Assembly (NCBI RefSeq): GCF_018350175.1
Contig: NC_058368.1
Location: forward strand, 168,704,001 to 168,768,000
Origin: Felis catus
Taxonomy: Eukaryota
Length of the DNA: 64,000 nt
Direction: 5' to 3'
Part shown: positions 1 through 12,631 of the stretch, piece by piece
Layout of the letters: the number at the start of each line of letters is the position of its first letter
Numbering within the stretch: the stretch's first letter is position 1
Program-made: the position numbers and the translations under genes
The notes under the pieces: generated by a model
The model's input: only the letters and a program-made list of their open reading frames with translations
Told to the model about the DNA's origin: nothing
The model's database searches: none

Positions 1-1753
1 GTTTTTTTCAGCTCTCCAAATTCTATGCCCTCCTTAGCCTTTGCTGTTGTATTTTGACAATTTTTTTTGCCATTCATTCTTCATCACTACCCAGTGAATT
101 GAAAAGGGCAGATAATTTAACTCCCAGGATTAGAAATTAGAAGCTAAAATTTAGATTATATGACTTGCTTGGGTTGCAAAACTAATCAAAGGAGAAGCTG
201 AGACAAAAAATGACTTCTTAACTTTGCTTTTGTCTGAACAGCATGGAATAAAATGGGTAACTCATTCATTGTTCCCACATGTCATACTTGAATTTTAACT
301 TGCATGTGAAAAAACATATGTGGACATTTGGCCCAAATAACTTATAAGTTAGGATGAATTCTTGCTTATTTTCTTCTTAGAGCAATAAGTAGAAATTATA
401 TAGTTGAGGAGGAATGGTTTGACAGGAAAGAAAAATGTAAGATGGTAGAACGTTTAGTTATCCAAATCAAAGTAGAGTCTATGTGCAGGCATTTTGCTTT
501 TTGAAAATAATCACTTCTCATTTATTATCAGGAGGCTTTCCGCCATAATATTTAGCAAATGGCAAACACTTCCGAAGTTTATAATAAAAAATACTCGACT
601 TTCTAGACTAGCTGAATGAGTAGTCTTGCCTGTCTCTTGTAAATGTCAAACTTACATAATTGAGTTTTGCTAGCTTCATAATATTGTTTATGGCATGGCA
701 TATTGTGTATACACTCTATTACAAACATTAAACAGATTTGTCAACAAGTGGTGACAAAAGAATTATAATACAATCTCTTTGTGAAATTCATTATGTGCAG
801 GAGGAAAAATTAGATGTTTTCCTGCCTGTTAATTGACACATGGGACAACTCCATGCCCTGCTTGAATGCCTCTCTTCATTAAAAAAGAAAAAAATTCGTA
901 TGGCAACAGAGGTATAATTCTGTGCCTGTCAATAAGAATTTACTTAATCTTTATGCTTCATATTAAGTTTAGGCTCAAATGTTATTTAAAAGTTAAGAAA
1001 GAGTAATAATGATGTGAAATATTCTGCACCAAGAAGTGATGTGGCGAGAATTGTGTTAGGGTTTTTTGCCACATGTTTCATTATGTGAATGGAACAGAAA
1101 ATATTTTATTTGTGACTTTGGTTTTCACAAGGTATTACTATTTCTTGAATTTACTTATATAGTTTGTATGGGACCTAAATAATTATTTTAAAGTAAATCA
1201 GGAAAAACTATAATAAAATCCCTTTTGAAATCATAGCAAGTGAACATGTTCTTGGAACTTTCTACAGGGGAGCGAGGGTGTCGATTGATCGATCATGCAC
1301 ATGCACAAGTACATCAGATAACCAAATGCATAAGTGTATGTGAGCTGTAGAGTACAAAAGCAAACAAACCAAAAACCTGCTAAAACATGCCCTCAAATTC
1401 AGTTTTAAGCCCAAAGCTCTTATTAAGCTCGTATTAAACCCAAAGCTCTTTATTATTAGTAATAGTATTTTAATGTAATAAATTTTGCCTTGGATATTTT
1501 CAAAGGCATTTAATTTTTTTCATAAATTGTGTTAATTACCACTTATAAGCTGTTGATATTTTGATATGGTTATAATAGTCTTCTTCAGATCGTTTGTCAT
1601 ATACTGGGTATGATAAAGAAAAAAAAGAAATTCTTAACTTTTCTAGTAAGACTTTAGATTATAAAATCTTAGCTGAGCGTTACACATTTAGTGCATCATT
1701 TTTCACCATCTAGAAAGACAGATGGGTAGTTTGCAGTTTAAAAAATCTGTGCA

Positions 1754-1962
1754 GGGGCGCCTGGGTGGCGCAGTCGGTTAAGCGTCCGACTTCAGCCAGG
1801 TCACGATCTTGCGGTCCGTGAGTTCGAGCCCCGCGTCGGGCTCTGGGCTGATGGCTCAGAGCCTGGAGCCTGTTTCTGATTCTGTGTCTCCCTCTCTCTC
1901 TGCCCCTCCCCCGTTCATGCTCTGTCTCTCTCTGTCCCAAAAATAAATAAACGTTGAAAAAA

Positions 1963-2007
<45 letters not shown>
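1754..2007 (+). mobile_element. Young felid Can-SINE (SINEC_Fc-like)
   Basis: GGGGCGCCTGGGTGGCGCAG head, GTTCGAGCC B-box, (CT)n tract, AATAAA and A36 tail. TSD taaaaaatctgtgca. Confidence 0.95.
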
Positions 2008-2009
<2 letters not shown>

Positions 2010-2906
2010 AAAAATCTGTGCAGATAGGAGGACAGATGGGTGGTTTAAATGTCTCCATGAAAATGTTTGTGTGGAGAGTTTGACTCCTGAAGTTGTACTA
2101 AAAATCCAAGAAATTAATTAGGAATAATAGAGTTCATATAAAAAGTAATATTTAAAAAAATGATTTAAAATATGGAATTTACTATGTAGTTATACTTTGT
2201 GAATTTACAATAACAATTAACAAATTAGAACACAGTACTTAAATAGTCTTGCCTGGTAGATGCTTGCCTTATTTTCTTATTATCAACACGTAGACTCTAG
2301 AAAATTTCTTTATTACTTTGAATCAATTTGTCTGCCTAATTGTATATGACCATTGGAATTTCTGTCAGAATTTGCTGAACTTTAAGTAACATATATTTAA
2401 ACTAGCTTAAAAATGATTAATGAAATTAAAAAAAAAATAAATAAAAGGGCCTTGGAAAGGGCTGCTCTGGCAGCTTCTGCAGCAGGTGTTTGTCAAGTTT
2501 TCACTCTCATTCAGACATTAATGTGATTTAGCCCCCAGCCAAAAAATGGATTCTGATTTGGTTGGGTATGCACTTTGGCTTTTGAGTATTAGCTTCATAT
2601 AGGAGTCTCATCCTGACTAGTGTGGATAGGGAGATAAAGGGATTGTTATTTTTGACGGAGGCTCTGAGGCTGGCCATAGATATGTAAACTGAATAGACTC
2701 TTGGGGACATTTTTTGAAATGTATTTTTGTAAGAAGGATGCCAAATAGCAATATTTGTGGGTAAATAAATATATTATTCTGTGGAAAAAAAAACTATTAC
2801 ATTAATTGAACATGTAGGAGAATGTGTTACTGAGAACCTTAAAATATCATTCATGATTAGTATTACTGAGGTAATTTGGTAATTACTAAGTTAAAAAAAT
2901 TATCCC

Positions 2907-3122
2907 GGGCGCCTGGGTGGCGCAGTCGGTTAAGCGTCCGACTTCAGCCAGGTCACGATCTCGCAGTCTGGGAGTTCGAGCCCCACATCGGGCTCTGGGC
3001 TGATGGCTCAGAGCCTGGAGCCTGTTTCCGATTCTGTGTCTCCCTCTCTCTCTGCCCCTCCCCCGTTCATGCTCTGTCTCTCTCTGTACCAAAAATAAAT
3101 AAACGTTGAAAAAAAATTAAAA
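2907..3122 (+). mobile_element. Young felid Can-SINE
   Basis: Same diagnostic head and body as the 1754 copy. TSD aaaaaaattatccc. Confidence 0.95.
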
Positions 3123-4069
3123 AAAAAAATTATCCCTAGTGCTATACAGAATGACTTAAAATTTCTGTAGGGTAACTGAGGCAAAAAAATATATTGGGTT
3201 CTCAATGAAGATTTAAAAGAATTAAAAATTCAAATAAAAGAGAACTTTTTAAAATAACAGGGTATCCTTCATAGGAAGGGGAAGAATTATTTCATGAATT
3301 TATTTTAATTATATATTTAAAAATGTATATGATAATTGGCTCATGAAATAAAATATATTATCCTGTGAGTTGTAGTCCAAAAGTGAGAATATCCCTTTCT
3401 TTAGTGGCTCATGTTATTTTTTCTGATCCCTTCAGATCAGAACTGAATTAATATATTTGTTTCCATCCACCTGATGTTAGAACCTGTTTCTAGATAGCAG
3501 TGAGAAGGGCTAGGAAAGATGTCTGGTGATTAAAATATTTTCTCCTTAAGAAGTTCTTTATGTTATAAAGTAAAATAGGCTTTCTAAGGTAGCAATTTGC
3601 AAATAACTTAGGAAATTAATAATGTCCCCATATGCAGGAACCAGCTGATGGGCTATGGCTAGAGAATTATGCTCTGTAAAATAATTCTGTGCAGCTCCCT
3701 GGAAGTCAGTGGTGGTTCTGGTACTTGGAACCACTAGAATTTGTTGGTAGCAGGGACTTACCAGCATGCTGGAAAGATTTTCTTTTCCATCTACTAGATG
3801 CAGTTTCTTTGTCTGAGAACTGGAGGGGAGATGAGAAAGGCAAGCAAACTGTTCTCATTCTATTGCCCTGCCTGTGCATGTCTGAGGGTCTGAGGTCTCC
3901 TCTCTTCACAATAACACTGTCTTTACTCTGCTTTTGGTTCTTAGCTGGACACATTCTTCAACAGGGAATGCTTTTCAGACTCCTACCTATAGGGAATACT
4001 TAGATGGGTGCTGAACCTATGCAGAGTGGCAGCAGAGGAGAGCCTGTGGCGTCAAAAATTCTCAACATA

Positions 4070-4283
4070 GGGGTGTCTGGGTGGCTCAGTTGGTTAAACA
4101 TCTGACTCTCTATTTTAGTTCAGGTCATGATCTCACGGTTCGTGGGTTCAAGCATGGTGTCATGCTCTATACTGACAGCACAACACTACTTGGGATTCTC
4201 TCTGTCCCTCTCTCTCTCTGCCCCTCCTCTGATTGCTCGTTCTCTCCCTCTCTCTCAGAAATGAAATTAATAACTTTTAAAAT
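4070..4283 (+). mobile_element. Older Can-SINE
   Basis: Diverged SINE body. TSD aaaattctcaacata. Confidence 0.9.
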
Positions 4284-4403
4284 AAAATTCTCAACATAAT
4301 AAATACTTTGAAAAGTTTATTCCCTAAATCTAATTAATTGATAAAGATATTTGCTTGGTTTACATTGAAAATTGAAGATCTGCTTAAAAATTTCATTTAT
4401 TTA

Positions 4404-4616
4404 GGGGCTCCTGGGTGCATCAGTCAGTTAAGCATCTGACTTCAGCTCAGTCATGATCTTGCAGTTTGTGAGTTTGAGCCCCGTGTCAGGCTTTGTGCTG
4501 ATGGCTTGGATCCTGGAGCCTGCTTCAGATTGTGTGTCTCCCTCTCTCTCTGCCCCATCCCCTACTCATACTCCCTTTCTCTTTTTCTCTCTCTCAAAAA
4601 CAAATAAGCATTAAAA
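4404..4616 (+). mobile_element. Can-SINE
   Basis: SINE head, body and CT tract. Flanked by tttcatttattta repeats. Confidence 0.9.
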
Positions 4617-5550
4617 TTTTTTTCATTTATTTATATAGTTGTTTATGTTGTCACTCTGTGAATATTTTCTGAATTATTTTAATAAAGGTACCACAAAAAG
4701 TTTTAGTTCATAATATTATCAATATCTCCTGGACTTTTCCTGTATCGAGTTTAAATTTCTCTGCTTTCAAGTCATTCACAACCTAAAACTGCTCTGCTTA
4801 TACAGACATATTTCCTTCACTTCGTTAATACTTACTCTGTGAGCTTATTTCTTTGCTTGCCTATGTAATTTTGCTTGTTCTCTCCCCGTTTTCACTCAGT
4901 ATTCCAATTCACCAGCGGCTATATGTTGAGGACTCTGTTTTGCTAGGTACTGAATTCCCAGTGTTTAGCACAGTTCTTGGTGGTGATCAGTGGATAATAT
5001 TCATTAAATGAAAGGAAGAAAGGTGGAAAGGGAAGACGAGAGTAAGGAATTATTATATCCATTCTGTCTTTCTTATACCTTCCTGCACATGCCCCACCTT
5101 TTAATGTTTGTTTTTTCTACATAGCCACCTCTGACTCCCCTTGTCTTTATTGAAACCTCAAACACAGACCTCAAAATTTAACATTGTTTACAAACTTTGT
5201 TGTTTTCTTGGTTACACTGTTTCATGTGCATTGGTTGTTCCAATTTGTGTAAGCTTCTTGAAGATAAGAAAGATCATTTTTCTGTGTAATTTCATAAAAA
5301 AATTGTACATTAACTTTCATTCATCAAACATTTACTGTAATATATGTCTCCTTCATAGCAGCCTGTGTGCAAAATACTGACAAATAAGCAGTACTTTGTA
5401 TAGAGCTGCGTATGTAGTATTATGCTCAATAAAATTTTGTCAATTACTCCTAAAATGTATGAAATAATATAAAATAGTGGTCACTCTGTTTGCATATAGT
5501 GAATATAAAACATCTTTATCTCTTTTAACTTTCTTCAACATTTTCTTCAG

Positions 5551-5734
5551 GGAAAGAAACCGAAAAGGCCAAGGAACGATACGACAAAGCCACAATGAAA
5601 CTTCATATGCTGCATAATCAGTATGTATTGGCATTGAAAGGGGCACAGCTTCATCAGAATCAGTATTATGACACCACACTTCCTTTGCTTCTGGACTCCT
5701 TACAAAAGATGCAAGAAGAAATGATAAAAGCACT
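5551..5734 (+). CDS. FER: FER tyrosine kinase internal coding exon (about exon 6, 184 bp), F-BAR domain
   Basis: Acceptor ttttcttcag and donor CT|gtaaga. Translates (G)[60 protein letters not shown](L), recognisable as FER. Confidence 0.97.
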
Positions 5735-6123
5735 GTAAGATACATTTCCTATTTGGCATAAAGTCCCTTCATGAAGTGATTTCAACATTATTTTTTCTTC
5801 TAGTTAAGCTTTTGGAAAGAAGTTGTCTGTGTTTTGTGAACTTCATTATTGACTTAGCCCAGTGTGTATTTCACATCTGTTTTACTTTAGTCCTTCTTGA
5901 TTTTCACTTCTCGTCTCCTTTCAGTTTATTATCATCTCCTAAACCTTCTGCCTAGCCCTAAGAATGGTCCTTCTGTTTTGTATGTTTTTGTTCTACTCCA
6001 ATTAGCTGGGAATTTAGGTGAAAAAAAAATTCATTAGTTGACAAGTGTTAAGAAGTTAATATTTTCGGAGGATTGAGTGTTTAAATATTGAGCAACTGAG
6101 AAGTCCAAAGGAAAGAATTTTTT

Positions 6124-6465
6124 TTGTTAAGTTTTTAATTTTAATTCCAGTATATTTAACATACAGTATTATATTAGTTTCCAGTGTACAATGCCATAAC
6201 TCAACAATTCTCTACAAAACTCAGTGCTCTTTAATCCCCATCACTTATTCTACCCATCCCCTGTCACACCTCCCCTCTGGTAACCACCTGTCTGTTCTCC
6301 AAATTAAAGTCTGTTTCTTTTAGACAGAGTTTGTCTCTCTCTTTTTGCCCTTTGCTTGGTTTTGTTTGTTTGTTTTGTTTTTAAATTCCACACATGAGTG
6401 AAATCATATGGTATTTGTCTTTCTCTGACTGACTAATTTCACTTAGCATTACACTCTGACTCCAT
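6124..6465 (-). mobile_element. 5'-truncated carnivore L1 (3' end only)
   Basis: L1 3'UTR and ORF2-end motifs such as gagtgaaatcatatggtatttgtctttctctgactgac. TSD caaaggaaagaatttttt at about 6106 and 6466. Confidence 0.9.
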
Positions 6466-7399
6466 CAAAGGAAAGAATTTTTTGAAGGTTTATTTGCCAA
6501 CTTATTATGTAAAGTTAACATCAACAAATGTTTATTGAATTTCTACTGTGTGCAAAGCACGCTGCCTGTGAATTGGGCACAATTTTTGCCTTTAAGGAGC
6601 TAACAGTATATTCTGGCGAGTAAGTCAAGAGCACACGTTTACCATAGACATCAATGCAAGACAACAGAAAGATAGGCCATGTTTGGTAGAGCTCATCTCC
6701 TTTGACCTGGATTAGGTGATCTCTCATCTTCCCAGTAAAAAGATAAAAAATTATTTTTAGTTGACTTGAATAGGTAAACTTTGAAGGGTATTGATAAAAT
6801 AGTAAAATGTCTACTTAAAATATTTAGTTTCTAAATTTAGTTATGTCTATTTAAATTAAATATTGTTGATTCAGAAATACTTCCTTTCCTACTCTCATGA
6901 ATCAATGTTATTTCAAACTCTTCACATGAATCCTCAATAATGGCATCTTCATCATCGCTAGATGTCTTTTTGAGACAGTAGTTTCCTATTTTTTGAGACA
7001 TAGTAGTTTTCTATAGCATATTATCTTTAACTTCTAAACAATTATTTTAGACCTAGCATTTAAAATATCCAAGCATGATGATTTCACTGCAGTTGAATTC
7101 CATGTCACATTGATGTAACGTTAGGAGGCTTCTTTTTTTAAAAATTCCATTTGTCTGAAGGTAGATATTAATAATGACCTCCATATCATATTATGGTATT
7201 GCTTTATGAGAGTTATCTAGATAGGCTCATTTACATTAATATTATTCAGTACTTTCACTTAATGTGGTCATAAGCCCAGGGATATTTACTAAGTCTGTTT
7301 TAAATTTCTCTGCCTCTTCTTTTTCTTTAAATTTTGTCAGGTGATTTCTGTAATCTTTCTAAACTAGCATTGCCTGAAACAGTTTAAATCTTTTTTTTT

Positions 7400-8034
7400 T
7401 TAAGTTTTATTATTTATTTTAAGAGAGCATGTGAGTGGGGGGAGGGGCAGAGAGAGAGGGAGAGAGAGAGGCAGAGAGAGGACAGCGAGAATCCCAAGGA
7501 GGCCCCGAGCTGTCAGTGTGAGCCTGATGTGGGGCTCAATCATAGGAATGGTGAGATCATAACCTGAGCCAAAATAAAGAGTCAGACATTTTTTTTTTTT
7601 TAATTTTTTTTTCAACGTTTATTTATTTTTGGGACAGAGAGAGACAGAGCATGAACGGGGGAGGGGCAGAGAGAGAGGGAGACACAGAATCGGAAACAGG
7701 CTCCAGGCTCTGAGCCATCAGCCCAGAGCCCGAAGCGGGGCTCGAACTCCCGGACCGCGAGATCGCGACCTGGCTGAAGTCGGACGCTTAACCGACTGCG
7801 CCACCCAGGCGCCCCAAGAGTCAGACATTTTTTTTAAAGTTTTTTTATTTATTTTGAGAGAGAGGTGGCGGGGGGTGGGGGTGGGAGGTGGGTAGAAGGA
7901 CAGAGAGAGAATCCCAAGCAAGCTCTGTGCTGTCACTGCACAGTGCCAGGCAGGGCTTGAACTCATGAATTGTGGGATCATGACCTGAGCTGAAATCAAG
8001 AGTTGGATGCTTAACTGAGCCACCCAAGCGACAC
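7400..8034 (-). mobile_element. Cluster of three Can-SINEs: two older copies head-to-tail plus a young copy nested at 7596-7815
   Basis: Outer repeats taaatctttttttt. Inner TSD aagagtcagacattttttt at 7577 and 7816. Confidence 0.9.
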
Positions 8035-8329
8035 TAAATCTTTTTTTTCCTCAACTCAAACAATATTTGGCTATTTACAATAAAATAATTGAGAGAATAT
8101 TAAATAAGAGAAATTTTGTAAGTAATAAATTTTTATGAGTGATGCTTTTGGAAAAGAAAAGCAAACAATGCCCCTAATATTTATATGGGAAAAGGCAGCA
8201 TAAGCTTGTCCACACTTGTTATTGAGGCCATTCTTGACTGGGAGTATATTTTTACAGCATAGCACTCTTAAGTTGGAGATTAGATCTTTGCCACCCTATT
8301 TTGTACTCATTAGATACAGCTAATATATT

Positions 8330-8543
8330 AAAAAAATTTTTTTTAATGTTTATTTATTTTTGAGACAGAGACAGAACATAATCAGGGGAGGGGCGGAAGG
8401 AGAGACACACACAGAATCCAAAGCAGGCTCCAGGCTCTAAACTGTCAGCACAGAACCTGACGCAGGGCTGGAACTCACAGACTATGAGATCATGACCTGA
8501 ACCGAAGTCCGACGTTTAACCAACTGAACCACATAGGCGCCCC
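8330..8543 (-). mobile_element. Can-SINE
   Basis: Reverse-strand SINE. TSD ata(c/g)agctaatatatt. Confidence 0.92.
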
Positions 8544-9122
8544 ATAGAGCTAATATATTTTGTGACAGTTTTACTACTGAAGGCAGGTAAGATGTGACAT
8601 TTTTACTACTGAAGGAGAAGAGTTCAAGATGTCATTGAAGGTACGGAACCAGTTAAACTCTATAATTAAGACACAGAAAAGAGCAGAGGCCCAGGAGCAA
8701 GAGAAGAACCAAGGGATAGGGCATTTGAGGAAGTAGCAGCTACTGGAAAGAGACGTTGAAGAGATAGGAATTGATCCATAGTTCCATGTAATGGAATTGA
8801 ACATTTCTATGACAGCATTTAGATATAGAAACTCATCAACACTGACCTTACATTTTGAGCATGTCAAATACATGTTGGAAAAAGTAATGCCTTATTCTAG
8901 ATTGTTTGCTATTATCGTGGTATATCAAATGTAAATTGTGAATCTGTGCTTTTGTATAATCCCTTTACTTTACCATTCAGGTGTATGAAATAAGGTGATG
9001 TATGAAACCACCATCTGTAAATATTGATGTTACATTTCTTACGTTTATTGTTCTGAATTCATTTTGGGCTGTGTTTCCCTTGAAAACTTAAAAATGTTGT
9101 AAAATTTTATTTTTGTTTTCAG

Positions 9123-9260
9123 AAAAGGTATATTTGATGAATACAGCCAGATAACCAGTCTTGTTACAGAGGAAATAGTGAATGTCCATAAAGAGATTAA
9201 AATGTCAGTTGAACAGATAGACCCTAGCACAGAATACAATAATTTCATAGATGTTCACAG
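9123..9260 (+). CDS. FER: FER internal coding exon (about exon 7, 138 bp)
   Basis: Acceptor tttgttttcag and donor AG|gtatgt. In frame with the previous exon: [45 protein letters not shown](R). Confidence 0.97.
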
Positions 9261-9440
9261 GTATGTATGTATAATATTTTCACTCTTCTTTCATTATTTG
9301 TGATATTATTTTTTTCTACCATATAGTATTTAATGAAATAAGATATTCTATTGTTAGGACATAGAATTTACAGATTAATTTGTTTCTAACTATTTTAAAA
9401 GTTCTTTCTCAATGACAACTAATTTATATAATTATTTTTA

Positions 9441-9657
9441 TTAAAATTTTTTTAATGCTTATTTATTTTGGAGAGAGAGAGAGAGAGAGAGACAGAATGC
9501 GAGCTGGGGAAGGGCAGAGAGAGAGGGAGACACAGAATCTGAAACAGGTTCCAAGCTGTCAGCACAGAGCCTGGCGCAGGGTTTGAATTCACGGACCGTG
9601 AGATCATGACCTGAGCCTAAGTCGGACGCTTAACTGACTGAGCCACCCAGGCGCCAC
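9441..9657 (-). mobile_element. Can-SINE
   Basis: Reverse-strand SINE with (GA)n tract. TSD tataattat(t/c)ttt. Confidence 0.92.
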
Positions 9658-10056
9658 TGTATAATTATCTTTAAAAATTTGTCAGTTGTTACTACATCAT
9701 TGCTTAAAACTGTATTTAATCCATGAAATTATATATATATTTTAACATTTCTATAGTGATAATGCTATGACTTTATATGTATATTCAATTTATGATGATA
9801 TATCAATTACTTATCCATGCATACTTATTACCATTGTGACAGGAATGAACAGGTTAATAGCCATATTCTACAAATGAGGAAATTAAGGCTGAAATTACAT
9901 GACTAGATCTTGGTGCCTGGGTTTAATTTGATTTGTTCTATTTGTATTTGCTCTACTTTGTAAACATAATTTTGGATAATATATATTGTGCCTTTGATGT
10001 GTACTAAGATGGTAGTATACTCATATTGATCAAAATTATTTGGTATGTTTTATTAG

Positions 10057-10176
10057 AACAACAGCTGCTAAAGAGCAAGAAATTGAGTTTGATATTTCCT
10101 TACTAGAAGAAAATGAAAATCTTCAGGCAAATGAAATTATGTGGAATAATTTAACAGCAGAAAGTTTGCAAGTAAT
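10057..10176 (+). CDS. FER: FER internal coding exon (about exon 8, 120 bp)
   Basis: Acceptor gttttattag and donor AT|gtaagt. Translates [39 protein letters not shown](M). Confidence 0.97.
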
Positions 10177-10307
10177 GTAAGTATTTAGAAAAGGTGATCA
10201 GATTAAATATTAGTGTTATTATTATAGATTTACTTTATCAGATTTAAAATTCCAGTGTTTATTTTTTTACAAATAATGAAAAGTAAATTAAAAATGAACT
10301 GATTGTT

Positions 10308-10533
10308 GGGGCGCCTGGGTGGCTCAGTCGGTTGGGCATCCAACTTCGGCTCAGGTCATGATCTCGTGGTCTGAGTTTGAGCCCCACATCGGGCTCTGTG
10401 CTGACAGCTTGGAGCCTGGAGCCTGCTTCGGATTCTGTGTCTCCCTTTCTCTCTGCCCCTCCCCTGCTCATGCTCTGTCTCTCTCTCTCTCTCTGTCAAA
10501 AATAAGTAAACATTAAAAAAAAAAAAAAAAAAA
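10308..10533 (+). mobile_element. Can-SINE
   Basis: Full SINE with A-tail. TSD gaactgattgtt. Confidence 0.93.
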
Positions 10534-11609
10534 AGAACTGATTGTTGTTTGGTCAGAAAAAAAATGTTTTGAGAAATATGTTAACTTTATTCATTTTGAT
10601 CACTAATTTTGGTAATTCTGAAAATCAGAATTCTGTGTGATGTTATATTCATTTGCCCTGTTATTGCTGATATCTTATATTGGAATAATGGTTCATTCTT
10701 TTCAAACTTATTTATATATGTGTCTATATCTATCTGTATCTGCCTATATCTATCCCATTCATTGCTTAAAACTTTTTGGCAGAACTATTTTGGAAATGAG
10801 GATATTGAGTGTTAAAGAAGAGACTCATAGATATCAGAAGTGTTTAGTACAAAAAATTGACTTTTAATTGAGTTATTTTCTCTTAGGGATGTCTTCTTTA
10901 AAGACATAAATTCTTTCTTCATTTTGTTGTTTTGTTGCCTAATATTTTAAAGGAGTTTTGAGAAATCTTAATTTGTTTTTTAGTCCTTTTCAAATATTAG
11001 AGGCTATTAATAGCATATTTTTAAATTTAGAAAACAAGGCGTTCTACTTTTAAATAATTAACTCATCCCTTGATTGTTTTTAGCAGCAACACAGAGAAAC
11101 TTGTATTAATGATAAGTACTGTATGTATTTGTCTTTTGAGTCAGAACCACAGCTAGGAGTGATTATGCACTCATTTTCTCTTCAGTATTGGACAGTTATA
11201 TCATATGACCTGTTGGCACTTTATCTCAGAAGACTCAGCCAAAAGTCTCCATCTAATATAAACACTCTCCTTTCTATTGTTCAGTAATAGTTCAGTAATA
11301 GTAATAGATAATTAACTGAGTGTGGGACGCTGGAACTAGGTCTTGGAAAGGAGTTTAATAATTTTAAAGTTAGGCAGATGGGATTGAAGAAACTAACAAA
11401 TTCTTGTTGAATCACCCATACAAATTGAAGGTTTAAAAATTATGGTGGATTGACTGCTGATGAGTGGAATGGAGGTGTGGGAGTACATTAGGGAGATTTT
11501 TCAAGCAGCCATATTGGGATTCTTGAAGCTGTTCCCAGGTTCTGAAGTCGTTCACAGGAGTCTCATTTTGGATTTAGATATTCTCTTATAATGTTAGCTG
11601 TCTTTAAAC

Positions 11610-11805
11610 CAGTGGTCCTCACTGTCTCCAGGGGACATTTCACAATATCTGGAGACATTTTTCTCTATCAGGTGGGAAGGCACTGCTGAAAGCTAGTGGG
11701 TAGAGGCCGTGGATGCTGCTAAATGTCCTGCAGTGCATAGAACAGCCTCCTGAAACAAAGAATTATTGGGTGAAATGTTAATAGTGCCAAGGTTGAGAAA
11801 CTCTG
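11610..11805 (+). mobile_element. MER20-like hAT-Charlie non-autonomous element
   Basis: Motifs caggggacattt..tctggagacatttt, agtgggtagaggcc..ggatgctgctaaa and aatagtgccaaggttgagaaac. Confidence 0.85.
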
Positions 11806-12503
11806 CTGTGAACAATAGAGTTGGGTTCATGGCACAAAATGGATAGTAGAGTTTCTCAATTCTTGTGCAGTGACAAATTTCATTTTTTGATTTCTGTGCT
11901 GGTGAAGGAATATGACATAAATTACTCCTGTTTTTTTTTATCATTCTGTTGCTCCCCCAAAATGTATTCATTTATTCATCAAAATATATTTATTGTATAT
12001 TTCAGGTTGCAAGGGTTAATACCTTCAAGGTGTTTATGCTAAAATTTATCAACTTATTTTAATAAACAACAAGAAGGATGAGCATAGAGATATTGGAGTA
12101 TAATAGGGTAAAATTAAAAATAGTTACCTGATATAAGCTTATGTAAAATAAGAGATTTTGCGACTAAATAATAATTTGTTTTATTGCTTTTCAGGGTATA
12201 ATGAGAACAAAACTAGTTCTACACATAAATCATTATTTCTTAATTATGGTGATGAAGCAATGAAGAAAAATGTAATAAATTAAGGATAATAAATCTTTGA
12301 TAATGTGGTAGAAGATTTTTTTGTGTGTAGTAGAAGATTTAATTGCTTATATCTTACTGAGGCAAAACTTTAGCTATATTTCATTGAACAGTGTCTAAAT
12401 TCAGGATAGGGGTTTAAGAGTAAGCTTTTCTCAAGAATTTTATTCCAAGAATGAGTTATTCAGTGTGTCTATTGGCACTGTTAAAATAGTTTAAGTTATT
12501 TCC

Positions 12504-12631
12504 ATTAAATATATGTATATGTGTATGTATGTGAGTATAATATATAAATATATATATATATATACTATATATATATATTATACTCACATATACATATATT
12601 ATACTCACATACACACACATATATATTTAAT
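12504..12631. repeat. AT-rich imperfect palindrome built around a (TA)n microsatellite
   Basis: attaaatatatg..gtatgtgagtataatat is mirrored by atattatactcacatac..atatatttaat. Confidence 0.85.

Noticed and set aside
1754..1840. tRNA-like A/B boxes
   Set aside because: These are the tRNA-derived heads of SINEs, not tRNA genes.
5440..5745. 101-aa minus-strand ORF (likewise 9045..9248)
   Set aside because: Antisense shadows of FER exons with no independent evidence.
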